A DNA stretch of 64,000 bases, from positions 88,590-152,589 of IMG/VR virus record IMGVR_UViG_3300037258_000282. One strand, written 5' to 3'. The position numbers and the translations under genes are program-made. Below, one piece after another: positions 18,158-28,402 of this stretch (the first letter of the stretch is position 1; every line of letters begins with the position of its first letter). This DNA comes from a virus. Under the pieces are notes generated by a model. It ran no database searches, was not told the DNA's origin, and saw only the letters and a program-made list of their open reading frames with translations.

Positions 18158-21100
18158 TCAGCCGACGAATAACCCGTTGTTATAGGTCACCGGCGTTCCG
18201 TTATTGATGAATGGACTAGTCCACGTTGAAGACGGCGTCGACGTCGCAGCCGTAGAAGTGGTAGAAGTATTGGTGGTGACTATGGTATTTGATACTGTAG
18301 ACGTCGCGGTCCTCCAGTCACCCCAGATGCTCGCGTATGGACTGTTGGCGAACTGGTTCCAGGCCGAGGTGTTATTGATCGTTATCGAGGCTGAGCCCGT
18401 CGTGTTAGTGTCTATCTCGTTGTTGTACGATGGAAGGAGAGTCATCACTCCATTCCACGCGTAGGCCACGAGGGCCGCGGACCTGTACTTAGTCGCGAAG
18501 CTCTGATTCAGGAACTCTTGATGCGTGTATGGAAGTATCGTCACTCTACCGCGTCGAACGGTATTCACGGCCTCAGCATAGTTAAAGTTAACCGCAACGT
18601 TAGTCCTCACGATCTTTGGCCGAGCCACTGAATTAACTGAATCGATGGCGACAGAGAACTCATGGTCAGACACGTCGCAGTAGCTGAAGTCGTTTAGTGG
18701 ATCGGCGAATATTCCATTCTTAAATCTGTCATTTCCACTCGCGTCTAGAACAGTAACGCTCATCGCAGACTGCTGAAGCATGTTCAGAGACACGCAGTAT
18801 TCCAGGTTAGTTATCCTAGAGTCTAGCGTACCGATATCTTTCATCGTGTACCTTCTATTGGTCACGAGAGAAGTAGACATATACTTTGAAACGTCTCTAG
18901 ATATACTTTTAGAGCTCTTGTTCTCAATGGTGAGCGCATCGACTTGATCTGAAGTCAGAGACGGGTATGGGGGCACGGCGATGACGGCGAGGGCCATGGC
19001 GTTGTCTGGAAACAGCGGAGGCTGCGGCGATACTGACGACACTCCCTCTTTGATCTTTAGGATATTATCTGGAGTGATGTACACCAGATCATTCCTCGGA
19101 AGATACGCGGTGAAGTCAGACTGCATGTTCCATCCCCAGGCTGGGTTGTTGATCCCAGTTCCAGGTATATTGAACGATACGTTGGCAAGCGGATTTGTAG
19201 TCGCGTAAGTTATGGCGGTCGCGACAGCCGCGGCGTTAGTAGTGTCGACGTACCCGGTGTCGTTGGCGGTAGATACTGCTGGAGTCCTAAAGTCAACGTA
19301 ATCTCTGAGAGGTCTCTGAACTCCCTGAGAGTCTACATAGACCGGTATCTCGGTCGTGGTTATGGCCGTAGCGTTAGCGGTATTCGCGTCGTCGATCGGA
19401 TAGGACTCGACGGTAAAGAAGCCTACTCCAGGCGAGTTGTTGATAGAAAAGTAGTCGAGTTGCACTAGCAGGTATGGATTATCACTCTGCGAATACGAAG
19501 AGGTTGGATACAGGTATCCAGGACCATAGTTAGTGTCTGTTCCACCTGAGTCGAATACGAACTGAGAGGTTATGAGTGAGCCACTCGTGCCGTACGACCC
19601 GTTGGCCGAGCCATACACGGCAGTGATGGCGTGTACGTCGGGGAATCCCAGGCAGAATGGCCCGGCCGGATTCGCGGAGCTTGCCGTGTTTATCGCGACG
19701 AAGCGATTCTTGTTTATGATCTTAGCGGCTGGATGAACGCCAGTTCTTAGAACGTCGAAGTCGACCACGCACGTCAGCGCGCTCACCGGAGCGTCTCCGT
19801 TGCCATAGCTGAACGCCACGCTAAACGACGTAGAGTTCGTGATCTCAACTAGACCCGTAACGTCTCTGTTAAACGATGAGATCGGAAGTATCGCTCCAGC
19901 TGGCCAGTACTTATAGTACGTCTGACCCGATGCGTTCGCCGAGAAGGCGGCATCTACGTAGAGTTGAGAGGAGTTCTTGACGCTGGTGATGGTACGAACG
20001 GTAGAACCAACGAGTATCTGACTTCCCTTGATGAAGTTTTGATCGAATGTCGTACTGCTTCCAGTCACGAGAGTGTTTGCAGAACTTACCGTAATCGTTC
20101 CAGATAGCGCTGAAGAAAGATTGTTAGAGGTATTTACCAGTGTGAAGTTCTTGGCTTCTGGGTCAGTGAGAACCCCGATTCCATATGGAAGTACGTCTAC
20201 TCCTCCTGAAGCAGAGGTAGTTATGGTATAAGTTCCTATTCCAGCGGTGATAGTCAGCGGAACGGAAGCCCTATATACGTACTCGGTATTTACGTTGTTA
20301 GACTGATCGCGAAGATTTTCTAGACCAGATACGCCAAAGGTGTACAGCTGCTCTGAAATAGTTGGGTTTATGATCCCGTTGAAGACCATGTCTCCAACTC
20401 CCATCACGCTTCCGTTATAGTAGACTATGGACTGGATATCAGTCGTGGATGCTCCAGAATTCATCGCGATATTGTATAGATGCAGGGCGTACTGACACCC
20501 CGCATTTCCAGGAGTTCCATCATTATACGAGAAGCACCTTACGGTAGCGGTTCCTATCTGATTTCCTACGGGAGATAGAGAGGTAAACGCCCTATTAGTT
20601 ACGGCAAACTGAGCGGTGTCGTAGAGTCTGACGGTCTGTGCGGAAGTAAAAGCGAAGTTACCCGCCACCTGATCCAGGACGGCATAGCCACCATAGTTGA
20701 AGCTGATCTGCTGAGAGTTGAAAGTATTGGTGTCTACTCCCCTTCGCATCTGAACGTACGCGGTCTTGATGACCTCTACTGGGTATCCCTGGGCGTATCC
20801 CTTGCCGGTTCCTATCCTAGCCAGCGCGTTGTCAGGAGCGAGGTTCGCGGAGACAGAATTTGAAGAGGTGATGGTATCGATCGCAAATGGATTTACGACG
20901 AAGTTTCCGGCCTCATCATATACTCTAGAAGCTATGGCGCTTCCGATAGTTGAGTATAGTTGAGATTGGCTGTTAGTAGCAGATACCAGCGAGCCATATG
21001 AGTAGGTCGCGATTGGATTGAATCCAACGGTATTGGCCGCAGTATTTGGATCTAGCGTCAGGAGTCCGCATGAGATCTTAAGTCTATCAGCTCCGGGCGC

Positions 21101-21832
21101 GTTGACGTTGGTATATCCAAGCGCGTTGTCCAGGAGAGATGGATCCTGCGCGTAGGTCACGATAGTTTCTGTCGCTACGAACCCAACGACCGAATTTCCA
21201 GCATCAGTCCCATAGGCATTGACTATTCCAAAGGTCGGCTCTAGGATCTTAACGAACGTGCCGTTGATGAACACCACGCCGTCGGCCACTGAGATTCCAT
21301 GCGCGTTTCCATTCGTTATCGTAGAGGCGTTTGAAGTGTAGGTGTTGACTACGAATAGGTTTGAGCCATTAGCAACGCTCGAAAATACGAGCTGCTCGTT
21401 GTTTCCAAACGTCTGAGACGCGTCGTTGCCGGTATTGAGGTAGTTCAGATATACGATCTGAGTATTTGGATAATTTGACTGGAGGCCGGGGGTCGCGAAC
21501 ACTACTCGGGCTTGAAGGTTAGACGTTAGGCTCGTCACTAGCGCGTTGACAGAAGATACTACGTCGTAACTAGCCCCATTAGAGGCCGCGTCTGACAACC
21601 TGACGTAGGGAAGGTTGGCCACGTCGTAGATCGCGCCACCGGTAACGATATCTCCATTCTGAAACGCCCAGTCTGCGAATGACTCTACTTGATTCTGAAG
21701 TATCGTCTGAAGTTGAGTCAGCTCACGCGCCTGAACTGCCTGCGACGGCTTGAATAGAACCCGATAATATAGGTTATTGGCGTCGAAGTCGTCGTACCAG
21801 GGGGCTACGTTGAGATTAGTGGAGATCGGCAA
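18158..21832 (-). CDS. Large virion structural protein (N-terminal DUF4815/VrlC-like)
   Basis: NLNVAPWYDDFD..YYRVLFKP..AVQARELTQLQTILQNQ, NAPGADRLKI, RRYTMKDIG.LDSRI.NLEY, DRFKNGIFADP. Confidence 0.8.
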   Translation of the reverse strand: MPISTNLNVAPWYDDFDANNLYYRVLFKPSQAVQARELTQLQTILQNQVESFADWAFQNGDIVTGGAIYDVANLPYVRLSDAASNGASYDVVSSVNALVTSLTSNLQARVVFATPGLQSNYPNTQIVYLNYLNTGNDASQTFGNNEQLVFSSVANGSNLFVVNTYTSNASTITNGNAHGISVADGVVFINGTFVKILEPTFGIVNAYGTDAGNSVVGFVATETIVTYAQDPSLLDNALGYTNVNAPGADRLKISCGLLTLDPNTAANTVGFNPIATYSYGSLVSATNSQSQLYSTIGSAIASRVYDEAGNFVVNPFAIDTITSSNSVSANLAPDNALARIGTGKGYAQGYPVEVIKTAYVQMRRGVDTNTFNSQQISFNYGGYAVLDQVAGNFAFTSAQTVRLYDTAQFAVTNRAFTSLSPVGNQIGTATVRCFSYNDGTPGNAGCQYALHLYNIAMNSGASTTDIQSIVYYNGSVMGVGDMVFNGIINPTISEQLYTFGVSGLENLRDQSNNVNTEYVYRASVPLTITAGIGTYTITTSASGGVDVLPYGIGVLTDPEAKNFTLVNTSNNLSSALSGTITVSSANTLVTGSSTTFDQNFIKGSQILVGSTVRTITSVKNSSQLYVDAAFSANASGQTYYKYWPAGAILPISSFNRDVTGLVEITNSTSFSVAFSYGNGDAPVSALTCVVDFDVLRTGVHPAAKIINKNRFVAINTASSANPAGPFCLGFPDVHAITAVYGSANGSYGTSGSLITSQFVFDSGGTDTNYGPGYLYPTSSYSQSDNPYLLVQLDYFSINNSPGVGFFTVESYPIDDANTANATAITTTEIPVYVDSQGVQRPLRDYVDFRTPAVSTANDTGYVDTTNAAAVATAITYATTNPLANVSFNIPGTGINNPAWGWNMQSDFTAYLPRNDLVYITPDNILKIKEGVSSVSPQPPLFPDNAMALAVIAVPPYPSLTSDQVDALTIENKSSKSISRDVSKYMSTSLVTNRRYTMKDIGTLDSRITNLEYCVSLNMLQQSAMSVTVLDASGNDRFKNGIFADPLNDFSYCDVSDHEFSVAIDSVNSVARPKIVRTNVAVNFNYAEAVNTVRRGRVTILPYTHQEFLNQSFATKYRSAALVAYAWNGVMTLLPSYNNEIDTNTTGSASITINNTSAWNQFANSPYASIWGDWRTATSTVSNTIVTTNTSTTSTAATSTPSSTWTSPFINNGTPVTYNNGLFVG

Positions 21833-21843
21833 GTGCTGCTTCC

Positions 21844-23376
21844 TTACAGGCTAATCACGACGCGATAAAGTTCGCTCTCGGTATTAGACCTATTGATGTT
21901 GTTGATATTAGTAATATAGAGTGGTCTCACGTCTTTAGCATAGATCTGTCCTACAGTATTTATTACTAGAATCGAGTTCGCGTAGTTAGAGTTCGCGACG
22001 ATAACCTCGTTATTCTGAAAGTTCTTATCTCCAGTGAGATATATCGTGTTTCCGACGATGTTAGCGATAGTTCCGAGGGCGCCAGAGTTAACTCCCTGCA
22101 CTTCAGAGCTGATGACGAACGCGTTAGTAGCGATAGTTCCACTCAAGACTTGGCTAAAGGTCGAATTGGTATATAGATTAGAGCTCTTAGATCCGTCTGG
22201 ATTAGCGGCATAAGGATTCTTAATGATTCCTATCTTGTTGTAGAGTATTCCATCTACCGGAATAGTGTTGCTCTCCGTGTTGGCGAACGCGAACGTTATC
22301 CCGATTCCCTGGAGGCTTAGCTCGGTGGATGGATCGGCACCGTGACCGCCTGGAGGTGGAACTATCGGATAGATATTTGCTCCGGATCCTACGGTCGGTG
22401 AGGCGATGAAGGCGTTAGCCCACGAGACGTTAGATCCTGGATCTACGACTACTACGCTTATGATCGTCTGAGCCGAGGTATTCACGACTGAGTAGGCCAG
22501 AACGTTAGTACTTCCATCAGAGTCGACATACACTTGTGGGGCGATATGCGCGGTAGTGGTGCCACCTACTACAGTTCCAGTCTCTAAGTTTTGATTGAGA
22601 GTGAGAAAGTTTCCATTGACTGGATCATACGTGTGACTAACCACGATCCTAAGTTGATCGGTAAACGACGGAGTGTGGATATATATACCGCAGTTATTGA
22701 AGAACCCGCTCGTGCCAGACGCGTTTGTCGAGAGCTGAAGCACGACGTTGTTTCCATCTACTCCAACCACCGTCCCATCATACGTGGTAGTATACCCGCC
22801 TCCGCCGTTAGTTACGGGTATCACGTCGACGCCACAATACGTAGACGCCGTAGTCTGTATAGCTGAGTTGGAGACGATCGGAGCGTAGACTCCGATGCTG
22901 AAAGTCTGAAAGATATAGTTCGGAATGGAGGTAATATATCTCCACTTATACCCATCTCCAGTCTGAAAAGTCGTCGTCTGAATCGTGGACGGCTCGACCG
23001 TCGACGGGACGCCATTAGCGTTGTCGATGCACTTGAACACTGAGTATGGAGCGCCGACTCTAGGCAGCGTGAAGACGTAGAAGTCATTATCCACTAAGGT
23101 CTGAGTGTTGTCGTACCTAGAGTAGATAGTGTTGGCAACCCATAGGTTGCTGTATACCATAGGAGATATATCGGCGCCGACCAAGAGTTTTCCAAACTCC
23201 ATCTGCCAGTCGTTAGTAAACTGCTCGGCGTAGTCGGTAGTCGTTACCGGCCGCGCGTTTCCAGATATAGCCACAGGGCTGGCACCGAAGCCATAGTAGA
23301 AAGAGTTATTGGAGTTTATCGCGGAGGTAAACTCATCTATCATCGCCTTCTTATAGGCCGCTAGGGTCAGTCCCAT
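21844..23376 (-). CDS. gp8: Baseplate wedge subunit gp8-like
   Basis: YSVFKCIDN, TGDGYKWRYI, PPGGHGADP..EL, IGIIKNP, INRS...SELYRVVI. Confidence 0.8.
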   Translation of the reverse strand: MGLTLAAYKKAMIDEFTSAINSNNSFYYGFGASPVAISGNARPVTTTDYAEQFTNDWQMEFGKLLVGADISPMVYSNLWVANTIYSRYDNTQTLVDNDFYVFTLPRVGAPYSVFKCIDNANGVPSTVEPSTIQTTTFQTGDGYKWRYITSIPNYIFQTFSIGVYAPIVSNSAIQTTASTYCGVDVIPVTNGGGGYTTTYDGTVVGVDGNNVVLQLSTNASGTSGFFNNCGIYIHTPSFTDQLRIVVSHTYDPVNGNFLTLNQNLETGTVVGGTTTAHIAPQVYVDSDGSTNVLAYSVVNTSAQTIISVVVVDPGSNVSWANAFIASPTVGSGANIYPIVPPPGGHGADPSTELSLQGIGITFAFANTESNTIPVDGILYNKIGIIKNPYAANPDGSKSSNLYTNSTFSQVLSGTIATNAFVISSEVQGVNSGALGTIANIVGNTIYLTGDKNFQNNEVIVANSNYANSILVINTVGQIYAKDVRPLYITNINNINRSNTESELYRVVISL

Positions 23377-23687
23377 ATATGCTCTCTCTTTATCTGCTTT
23401 TTCAACGCGATGACCTCGTCGTGCAGCTCCTGCAAGGCTTTAACGATAAGTGGTATGAGCTTATCGTTGTTTATCATCCACGGCTTGAGTACTGGATCTA
23501 TGCCGCCAACTCTAACCGCGCGTGGGAACGCGTCGTTCATCTCCTGAGCTATGAAGCTCGTTAGATCGACGCTTGGATCGCGCTTGAAGTTAAAGTCTAC
23601 GACTCGTATCTTTAGGAGATTTTCAAGACCAAACTCAGTGTCTCTAATATTTTCCTTAAGTCTTATATCCGATTGAGTGTTTGTCAT
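23367..23687 (-). CDS. Stand-alone tail fibre chaperone domain (peptidase S74 / ICA-like)
   Basis: SDIRLKENI, FIAQE...FPRAV, LIPLIVKALQEL coiled coil; own GGAG SD. Confidence 0.8.
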   Translation of the reverse strand: MTNTQSDIRLKENIRDTEFGLENLLKIRVVDFNFKRDPSVDLTSFIAQEMNDAFPRAVRVGGIDPVLKPWMINNDKLIPLIVKALQELHDEVIALKKQIKREHIWD

Positions 23688-23701
23688 CTAGGTACTCTCC
23701 A

Positions 23702-24502
23702 TCAGTAGGAATTGTTAGCTAGTACTCTAGCTTTGACGGTGCAGGCCGCTATGTTGTCTGTAAGCACGTACACGTGAACATTCGCGTTTACCAGCGTAAC
23801 GTTAGTATCTTGGACTTGCTGTGGGTAGTATGAGTTGATATGTCCCCAGATCCTATTATCGTTCGTATTACTCACCGCGGCCACGACTGTCATGACGAGC
23901 TCCTGGCATGACGTAAAGTCCCACGTCGCTCCAGAAGTCCCGGAAGCCGCCATAGAGCTTCCCGTGTGGTAGAATATATAGTTACCATCGCTCTGAGCCG
24001 TAACCCAGTACGCTAGGGTGTTTCCATCCGACTGAACTCCTAGAGAGGCGCTGTTTCCGGCATACTTGAAGATGAAGCCATCGACATCTATCCTTCCAGT
24101 GTTGGCTAGAACGAACACTTGGTCAGATTTGTAGAAGCTATTGCCAGCGTTGTTGCCGAATGGATTATTGGCAGATCCGGAAAAGGTCACAGCCACGAAA
24201 CCATCTGAGAGGTCGGTGGGAGAGCCCCAGTATACGGTATTTCCGGAGCTCGTGAGAACCTGCAGCCCAGTCCCATTAGAGCCATTGGCGGTTATAGTGT
24301 TGACCACTAGAGTAGTGACCTGAATGGTCGTCGTGTTTATCGATGAGTTGATGGAAGAATTTCCCACCGTTACGGACTGAGATACTACGGCGTTAGTATA
24401 CAATTCTGTAAAGTTCGAGTTGATCTTCTGGCCTCCCGTGCGAAGCGGGTCGCCAGTTCCATCATTATTAGCCGCACCTAAACCTATGAGTTGTTGTGAC
24501 AT
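23702..24502 (-). CDS. gp9/gp10-like baseplate-fibre connector, copy 1
   Basis: IGLGAANNDGTGDPLRTGGQKINSNFTELY. Confidence 0.75.
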   Translation of the reverse strand: MSQQLIGLGAANNDGTGDPLRTGGQKINSNFTELYTNAVVSQSVTVGNSSINSSINTTTIQVTTLVVNTITANGSNGTGLQVLTSSGNTVYWGSPTDLSDGFVAVTFSGSANNPFGNNAGNSFYKSDQVFVLANTGRIDVDGFIFKYAGNSASLGVQSDGNTLAYWVTAQSDGNYIFYHTGSSMAASGTSGATWDFTSCQELVMTVVAAVSNTNDNRIWGHINSYYPQQVQDTNVTLVNANVHVYVLTDNIAACTVKARVLANNSY

Positions 24503-24514
24503 AAAAGTTCCCGC

Positions 24515-25501
24515 TTAAGCTACTGCTAGAAGTATACCGCCGTTTATCAACTGCGTGAAGTAAGTGATGATTATCATTCCATTAGCGCCGTCCCCTCCAT
24601 ACCCAGCCGTACTGGAAGCCGCCCCGCCGCAACCTCCTCCTCCTCCGAATAGACCTCCCCCTCCTCCGTTGGCTCCATAGGTCGCGGCTCCACCGCCTCC
24701 CCCTCCTCCTCCCCCACCGCCAGGTCCGAATACGAAACCATTTGAAGTTAGAGAATATCCGACTCCACCGCCACCTTCACCACCGTACCCAGCGGTAGTT
24801 CCCTCTCCGCCGCCGCCCCCTCCGCCAGACCCATTCGCTCCGGGACTACCGCTTCCTCCTCCCGCCGCGCCGCCTGTTCCTCCGGCAGTTCCATCGTATG
24901 CCGTACCACCATTGCCACCAGTACCAGTGACCGTAGAGTTAGCTCCAGCCGTCCCACCATCGGCCGCGCCCCCAGCTCCAGCCCCACCGCCTCCGGTTGA
25001 GATCGCCCCGCCGTTCGCCCCGGGACCATGCTGTCCCCCCGCCCCTCCGCCGCCCGCGCCAGCATAGTACGTTAGATACTCATTTGGACCTCCCCACCCT
25101 CCACCCTGAGCTCCGGTAGATGGTACGCATAGAGAGACGTTCCCTCCGATTTGATCTCCGCTTCCTCCTGGAGCAAACAGAAGTGGCCCACCTGAATTTC
25201 CAATACCTATCCCAAAGGACGTATCTGTCCCAGTGACTCCAGAATAGATTCCGCTCGTATTTGAGCCCGCGCCCCCAAGTCCAACGCTATAGGATATCGT
25301 CTGATAGTGCGTAAGAGTGGGATTCTTAAGAATAGAATAGGCCCCACCTCCGCCTCCCACTCCTCCAGTAGTATCGGCTAAACCGCTTCCGCCTCCACCG
25401 CCGCCGCCGATTCCCTCGACCGTAATATTGGCGCCGAGATTTACATCTGGAGTCACGACCCAAGTGTTTCCAGACGTGAGGATTATAACTTTCTGTGCCA
25501 T
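24515..25501 (-). CDS. Glycine-rich tail fibre tip protein
   Basis: ITVEGIGGGGGG, long poly-Gly tracts, GANGMIIITY. Confidence 0.75.
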   Translation of the reverse strand: MAQKVIILTSGNTWVVTPDVNLGANITVEGIGGGGGGGSGLADTTGGVGGGGGAYSILKNPTLTHYQTISYSVGLGGAGSNTSGIYSGVTGTDTSFGIGIGNSGGPLLFAPGGSGDQIGGNVSLCVPSTGAQGGGWGGPNEYLTYYAGAGGGGAGGQHGPGANGGAISTGGGGAGAGGAADGGTAGANSTVTGTGGNGGTAYDGTAGGTGGAAGGGSGSPGANGSGGGGGGGEGTTAGYGGEGGGGVGYSLTSNGFVFGPGGGGGGGGGGGAATYGANGGGGGLFGGGGGCGGAASSTAGYGGDGANGMIIITYFTQLINGGILLAVA

Positions 25502-26178
25502 CAGGAGTATGCCTGTCCGGCGACAGTACCATATATAGTACTACCACCATTAAAGCTCATCAAAACGATGAGATCTTTGCCGCTTCCTCCTGTAGTTATC
25601 GTCGGAGCTGAACCTCCCGGCCAAACCGTTCCGGGGGGCCACCCCGTTATGTCAAATGATCCAGTATTTTCTATCTCGAGAGTCAGTCTCGCCACTTGGT
25701 TAGAGGTGGGCCAGCTCGAGACGTTTATTACGGCATCCCCGGTCAGAGATATTCTCTGAAACTCTCCGTTAGCCCTATTGATCGTGACGCTTCCATTTAC
25801 AGATATCTGACCTCCGCATGGGAGGTCAACTTTATTAGAGTTTATAAAGAAGCCAGACGAATCATATACTAAGGCCTGAGAGACTATAGGGTTAGCTATA
25901 TTGAACACCTGCGGAGACCAGAATACGCCCGAGCCGTTGCTGGTCATAGACGCATTATTAGTTCCAACTGAACCATTCGCGACTATCGACGAGACTACGA
26001 TCGCAGTACTGTTTACGAATGAATTTACCGTGGAGTTGCCGACCGTAACAGACACCGAGATCACGGCGTTCGTATAGAGCTCCGTGAAGTTGGCGTTGAT
26101 CTTCATCCCGCCGGTCCTCAGCGGATCGCCGGTTCCATCGTTATTAGCCGATCCAATACCGATTAGCTGCTGAGACAT
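25501..26178 (-). CDS. gp9/gp10-like baseplate-fibre connector, copy 2
   Basis: IGIGSANNDGTGDPLRTGGMKINANFTELY; C-terminal WPGGSAPTIT...D...GGSTIYG domain. Confidence 0.75.
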   Translation of the reverse strand: MSQQLIGIGSANNDGTGDPLRTGGMKINANFTELYTNAVISVSVTVGNSTVNSFVNSTAIVVSSIVANGSVGTNNASMTSNGSGVFWSPQVFNIANPIVSQALVYDSSGFFINSNKVDLPCGGQISVNGSVTINRANGEFQRISLTGDAVINVSSWPTSNQVARLTLEIENTGSFDITGWPPGTVWPGGSAPTITTGGSGKDLIVLMSFNGGSTIYGTVAGQAYS

Positions 26179-26206
26179 TCAGGTGTTAAATCCCTACTTT
26201 TTTTGA

Positions 26207-26214
26207 TATTTATC
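26207..26214 (-). promoter_or_regulatory. Late promoter variant GATAAATA
   Basis: At the gp7 stop, upstream of the 26178 gene. Confidence 0.55.
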
Positions 26215-28402
26215 AGGTAGCGTCGAACGTTACGTAGGTCTCGTCGAGTAGGAATACGGTAGAATCCCACCTAACATCACCCGTGGGTATCGAATTTCCC
26301 GCCACAGTTGGATCCGCAAGGACACTCATCGGAGAGCTCTCTACTATATTCAAGCAGAACTCACCGAACATCTCTGATCCCGCAGGATGAAACGTGTTGT
26401 ATAGTATATCCCTATACTGCTGGAGCTGGATAGCGGCCTGAAGCTGGTATGAAAATACTTGATAAAAGTAGCTATCCTGAATGTACTTATCGGAGTTTAG
26501 AAACCCCTGAGTGGTATCCCAGTATCCAGGCGCGACTCCAACGCCGGACTTAACTACGCTTCCCATGACGCCAGAGAAAGTATCGACTTGAATGAGAGAT
26601 GACACTAAGTTGGCACCGGAGCCAGTCTTAGACATAACGAAAGTCTGAGGAGAAGCCGGATATCCAGAACCACGATAAGTCATCGCGGTGTTTACTACGG
26701 AGCCATTTCCATCGGTTATTACGTATCCGACCGCCCTATCGGTATTATTGTCAGAGAAAGAGAGAACGTCTCCATTAGAGTACTTGCTTCCTCCCAAGAT
26801 GATCTCTGGATCGGCTATACTATTGTAGAGATACGCGGTGATAGACTCACCAGTCTGATAACCTCTACCAGAATCATGGGCCTTGACGGTAAGCACTATC
26901 GTGTTGGACGATCTCAGATCGGTGTTTACCATGGCTCTAGAGTTAGCATATCCAAACTGAGCGAAGGCTAGATCTGGACACACCTCATATATGGCGCTCG
27001 TGGTAGAGTTACTCTTCGGATAGTCCCAGAGGGTTATAGAAGTGTCGTTTGTCACCGCATATATCACGTGCTTCTCGAGGACGATACTCGCAGAATTAGG
27101 AGCTATCGCCACTAAGTCGTCGTCGCTAAACGCGGACGTGAAGTACGTACCGACGCCGGTTATTATCTTCGAGTTGCTTACCCAGCTTACATTACCCTGA
27201 AGTGGAGCTGAGTCTATTACAGTTCTAACTGAAACATAGGGATTGTCTACGTAGTTGTTTCCCGCTATCTCATATGCTAGAGAGTTTATACTTCCAAATG
27301 TCTCGGCCGCGAAAGAGAGAGCAGAATCTATCGGAGAACTTATGTTAGCCGCCGCGTTTCCCACGAATCCAAACGTCGGGGAGTTCAACACGACGTTAGC
27401 GTAAGGCGCTATGATATCTGAATTGAACGTGATGGAAGTCGTATTAGTCATCGTTCCGATCTGAAACGACGCTCCATGACCGGTATTGTCAGACGACTGA
27501 TTGTATATGTATATGCCCGCGTTGGCCTGTTGATCGAATCCTCCAGAGACCAAGTCAAAGAATACGGACCCGAATAGGCTCTCAGTGGCGGTGATCCTCA
27601 GAAGTCCGCCGATACCATGAGATATGATGCTGCTATTAGCGTCGGTATGCTGGACTTGCAGGACTTGCCCCACTGAAAAGTCGATACCACCCTGAGTGAT
27701 CTCGAGGCTGTCTAGTGATCCCACTATGGTTGGGGCCGAAGTTACGAGCATATCGTCTCTTCCAGCGTAGTCAGAGAGCAACAGCAGCTTCTCTCCTACT
27801 TCAAAAGACTTATTGGGTGGAGACATATTCGATATATTGAATACCGTCAGAAGAGTCTGATTTATAGGCTCCTTCGTAGCGCTCTCTACTACAGCGGTTA
27901 CTCCAGACGACAGTCCTATGACTGCCTGTCCAAGATATGAGTCCAGTATTATATCGTCTACTGAATTTCCTATCAACTCCAGATACATGGGTTGCTTCCA
28001 AGTTCCATCTGATGGAAGCAGCATGTCGTACGACGGGATGTATACCTCTACGTCCTCGTTGTATATGAGCTTAAATAAAAGTTTAAAGCAGGTTATAGAT
28101 CCCTTCGCCCGATAGACGTCGAGGATATGCTTCAGCAGATACCTCTTGTTTATTATGACGTTGAATGGGATTCCATAGAGGTACTCAGACTGAAAGTGAG
28201 ATAGAAACTCGTCTAAAGTATTATCGATGTCGCGATAGTTTAATAGGTTTCGGGCCGCGCCGAGGGGATTACCAGTCTGCGACATCCACTCATAGTAGGC
28301 CTGCATGAACAGGATAAAGTTGGGTCCGTAACTTTGAAAGAAAGCCGGAAACTGTGACTTTACGAATGGAGTTACGTCTTGTTGTATCCCAAAGTCCATC
28401 AA
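26213..28402 (-). CDS. gp7: Baseplate wedge initiator gp7-like
   Basis: QFPAF...FILFMQAYYEW, RDIDNT, YRAKGS, PSDG.W, IQDSYFYQVFSY, HPAG. Confidence 0.8.
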   Translation of the reverse strand: MMDFGIQQDVTPFVKSQFPAFFQSYGPNFILFMQAYYEWMSQTGNPLGAARNLLNYRDIDNTLDEFLSHFQSEYLYGIPFNVIINKRYLLKHILDVYRAKGSITCFKLLFKLIYNEDVEVYIPSYDMLLPSDGTWKQPMYLELIGNSVDDIILDSYLGQAVIGLSSGVTAVVESATKEPINQTLLTVFNISNMSPPNKSFEVGEKLLLLSDYAGRDDMLVTSAPTIVGSLDSLEITQGGIDFSVGQVLQVQHTDANSSIISHGIGGLLRITATESLFGSVFFDLVSGGFDQQANAGIYIYNQSSDNTGHGASFQIGTMTNTTSITFNSDIIAPYANVVLNSPTFGFVGNAAANISSPIDSALSFAAETFGSINSLAYEIAGNNYVDNPYVSVRTVIDSAPLQGNVSWVSNSKIITGVGTYFTSAFSDDDLVAIAPNSASIVLEKHVIYAVTNDTSITLWDYPKSNSTTSAIYEVCPDLAFAQFGYANSRAMVNTDLRSSNTIVLTVKAHDSGRGYQTGESITAYLYNSIADPEIILGGSKYSNGDVLSFSDNNTDRAVGYVITDGNGSVVNTAMTYRGSGYPASPQTFVMSKTGSGANLVSSLIQVDTFSGVMGSVVKSGVGVAPGYWDTTQGFLNSDKYIQDSYFYQVFSYQLQAAIQLQQYRDILYNTFHPAGSEMFGEFCLNIVESSPMSVLADPTVAGNSIPTGDVRWDSTVFLLDETYVTFDAT

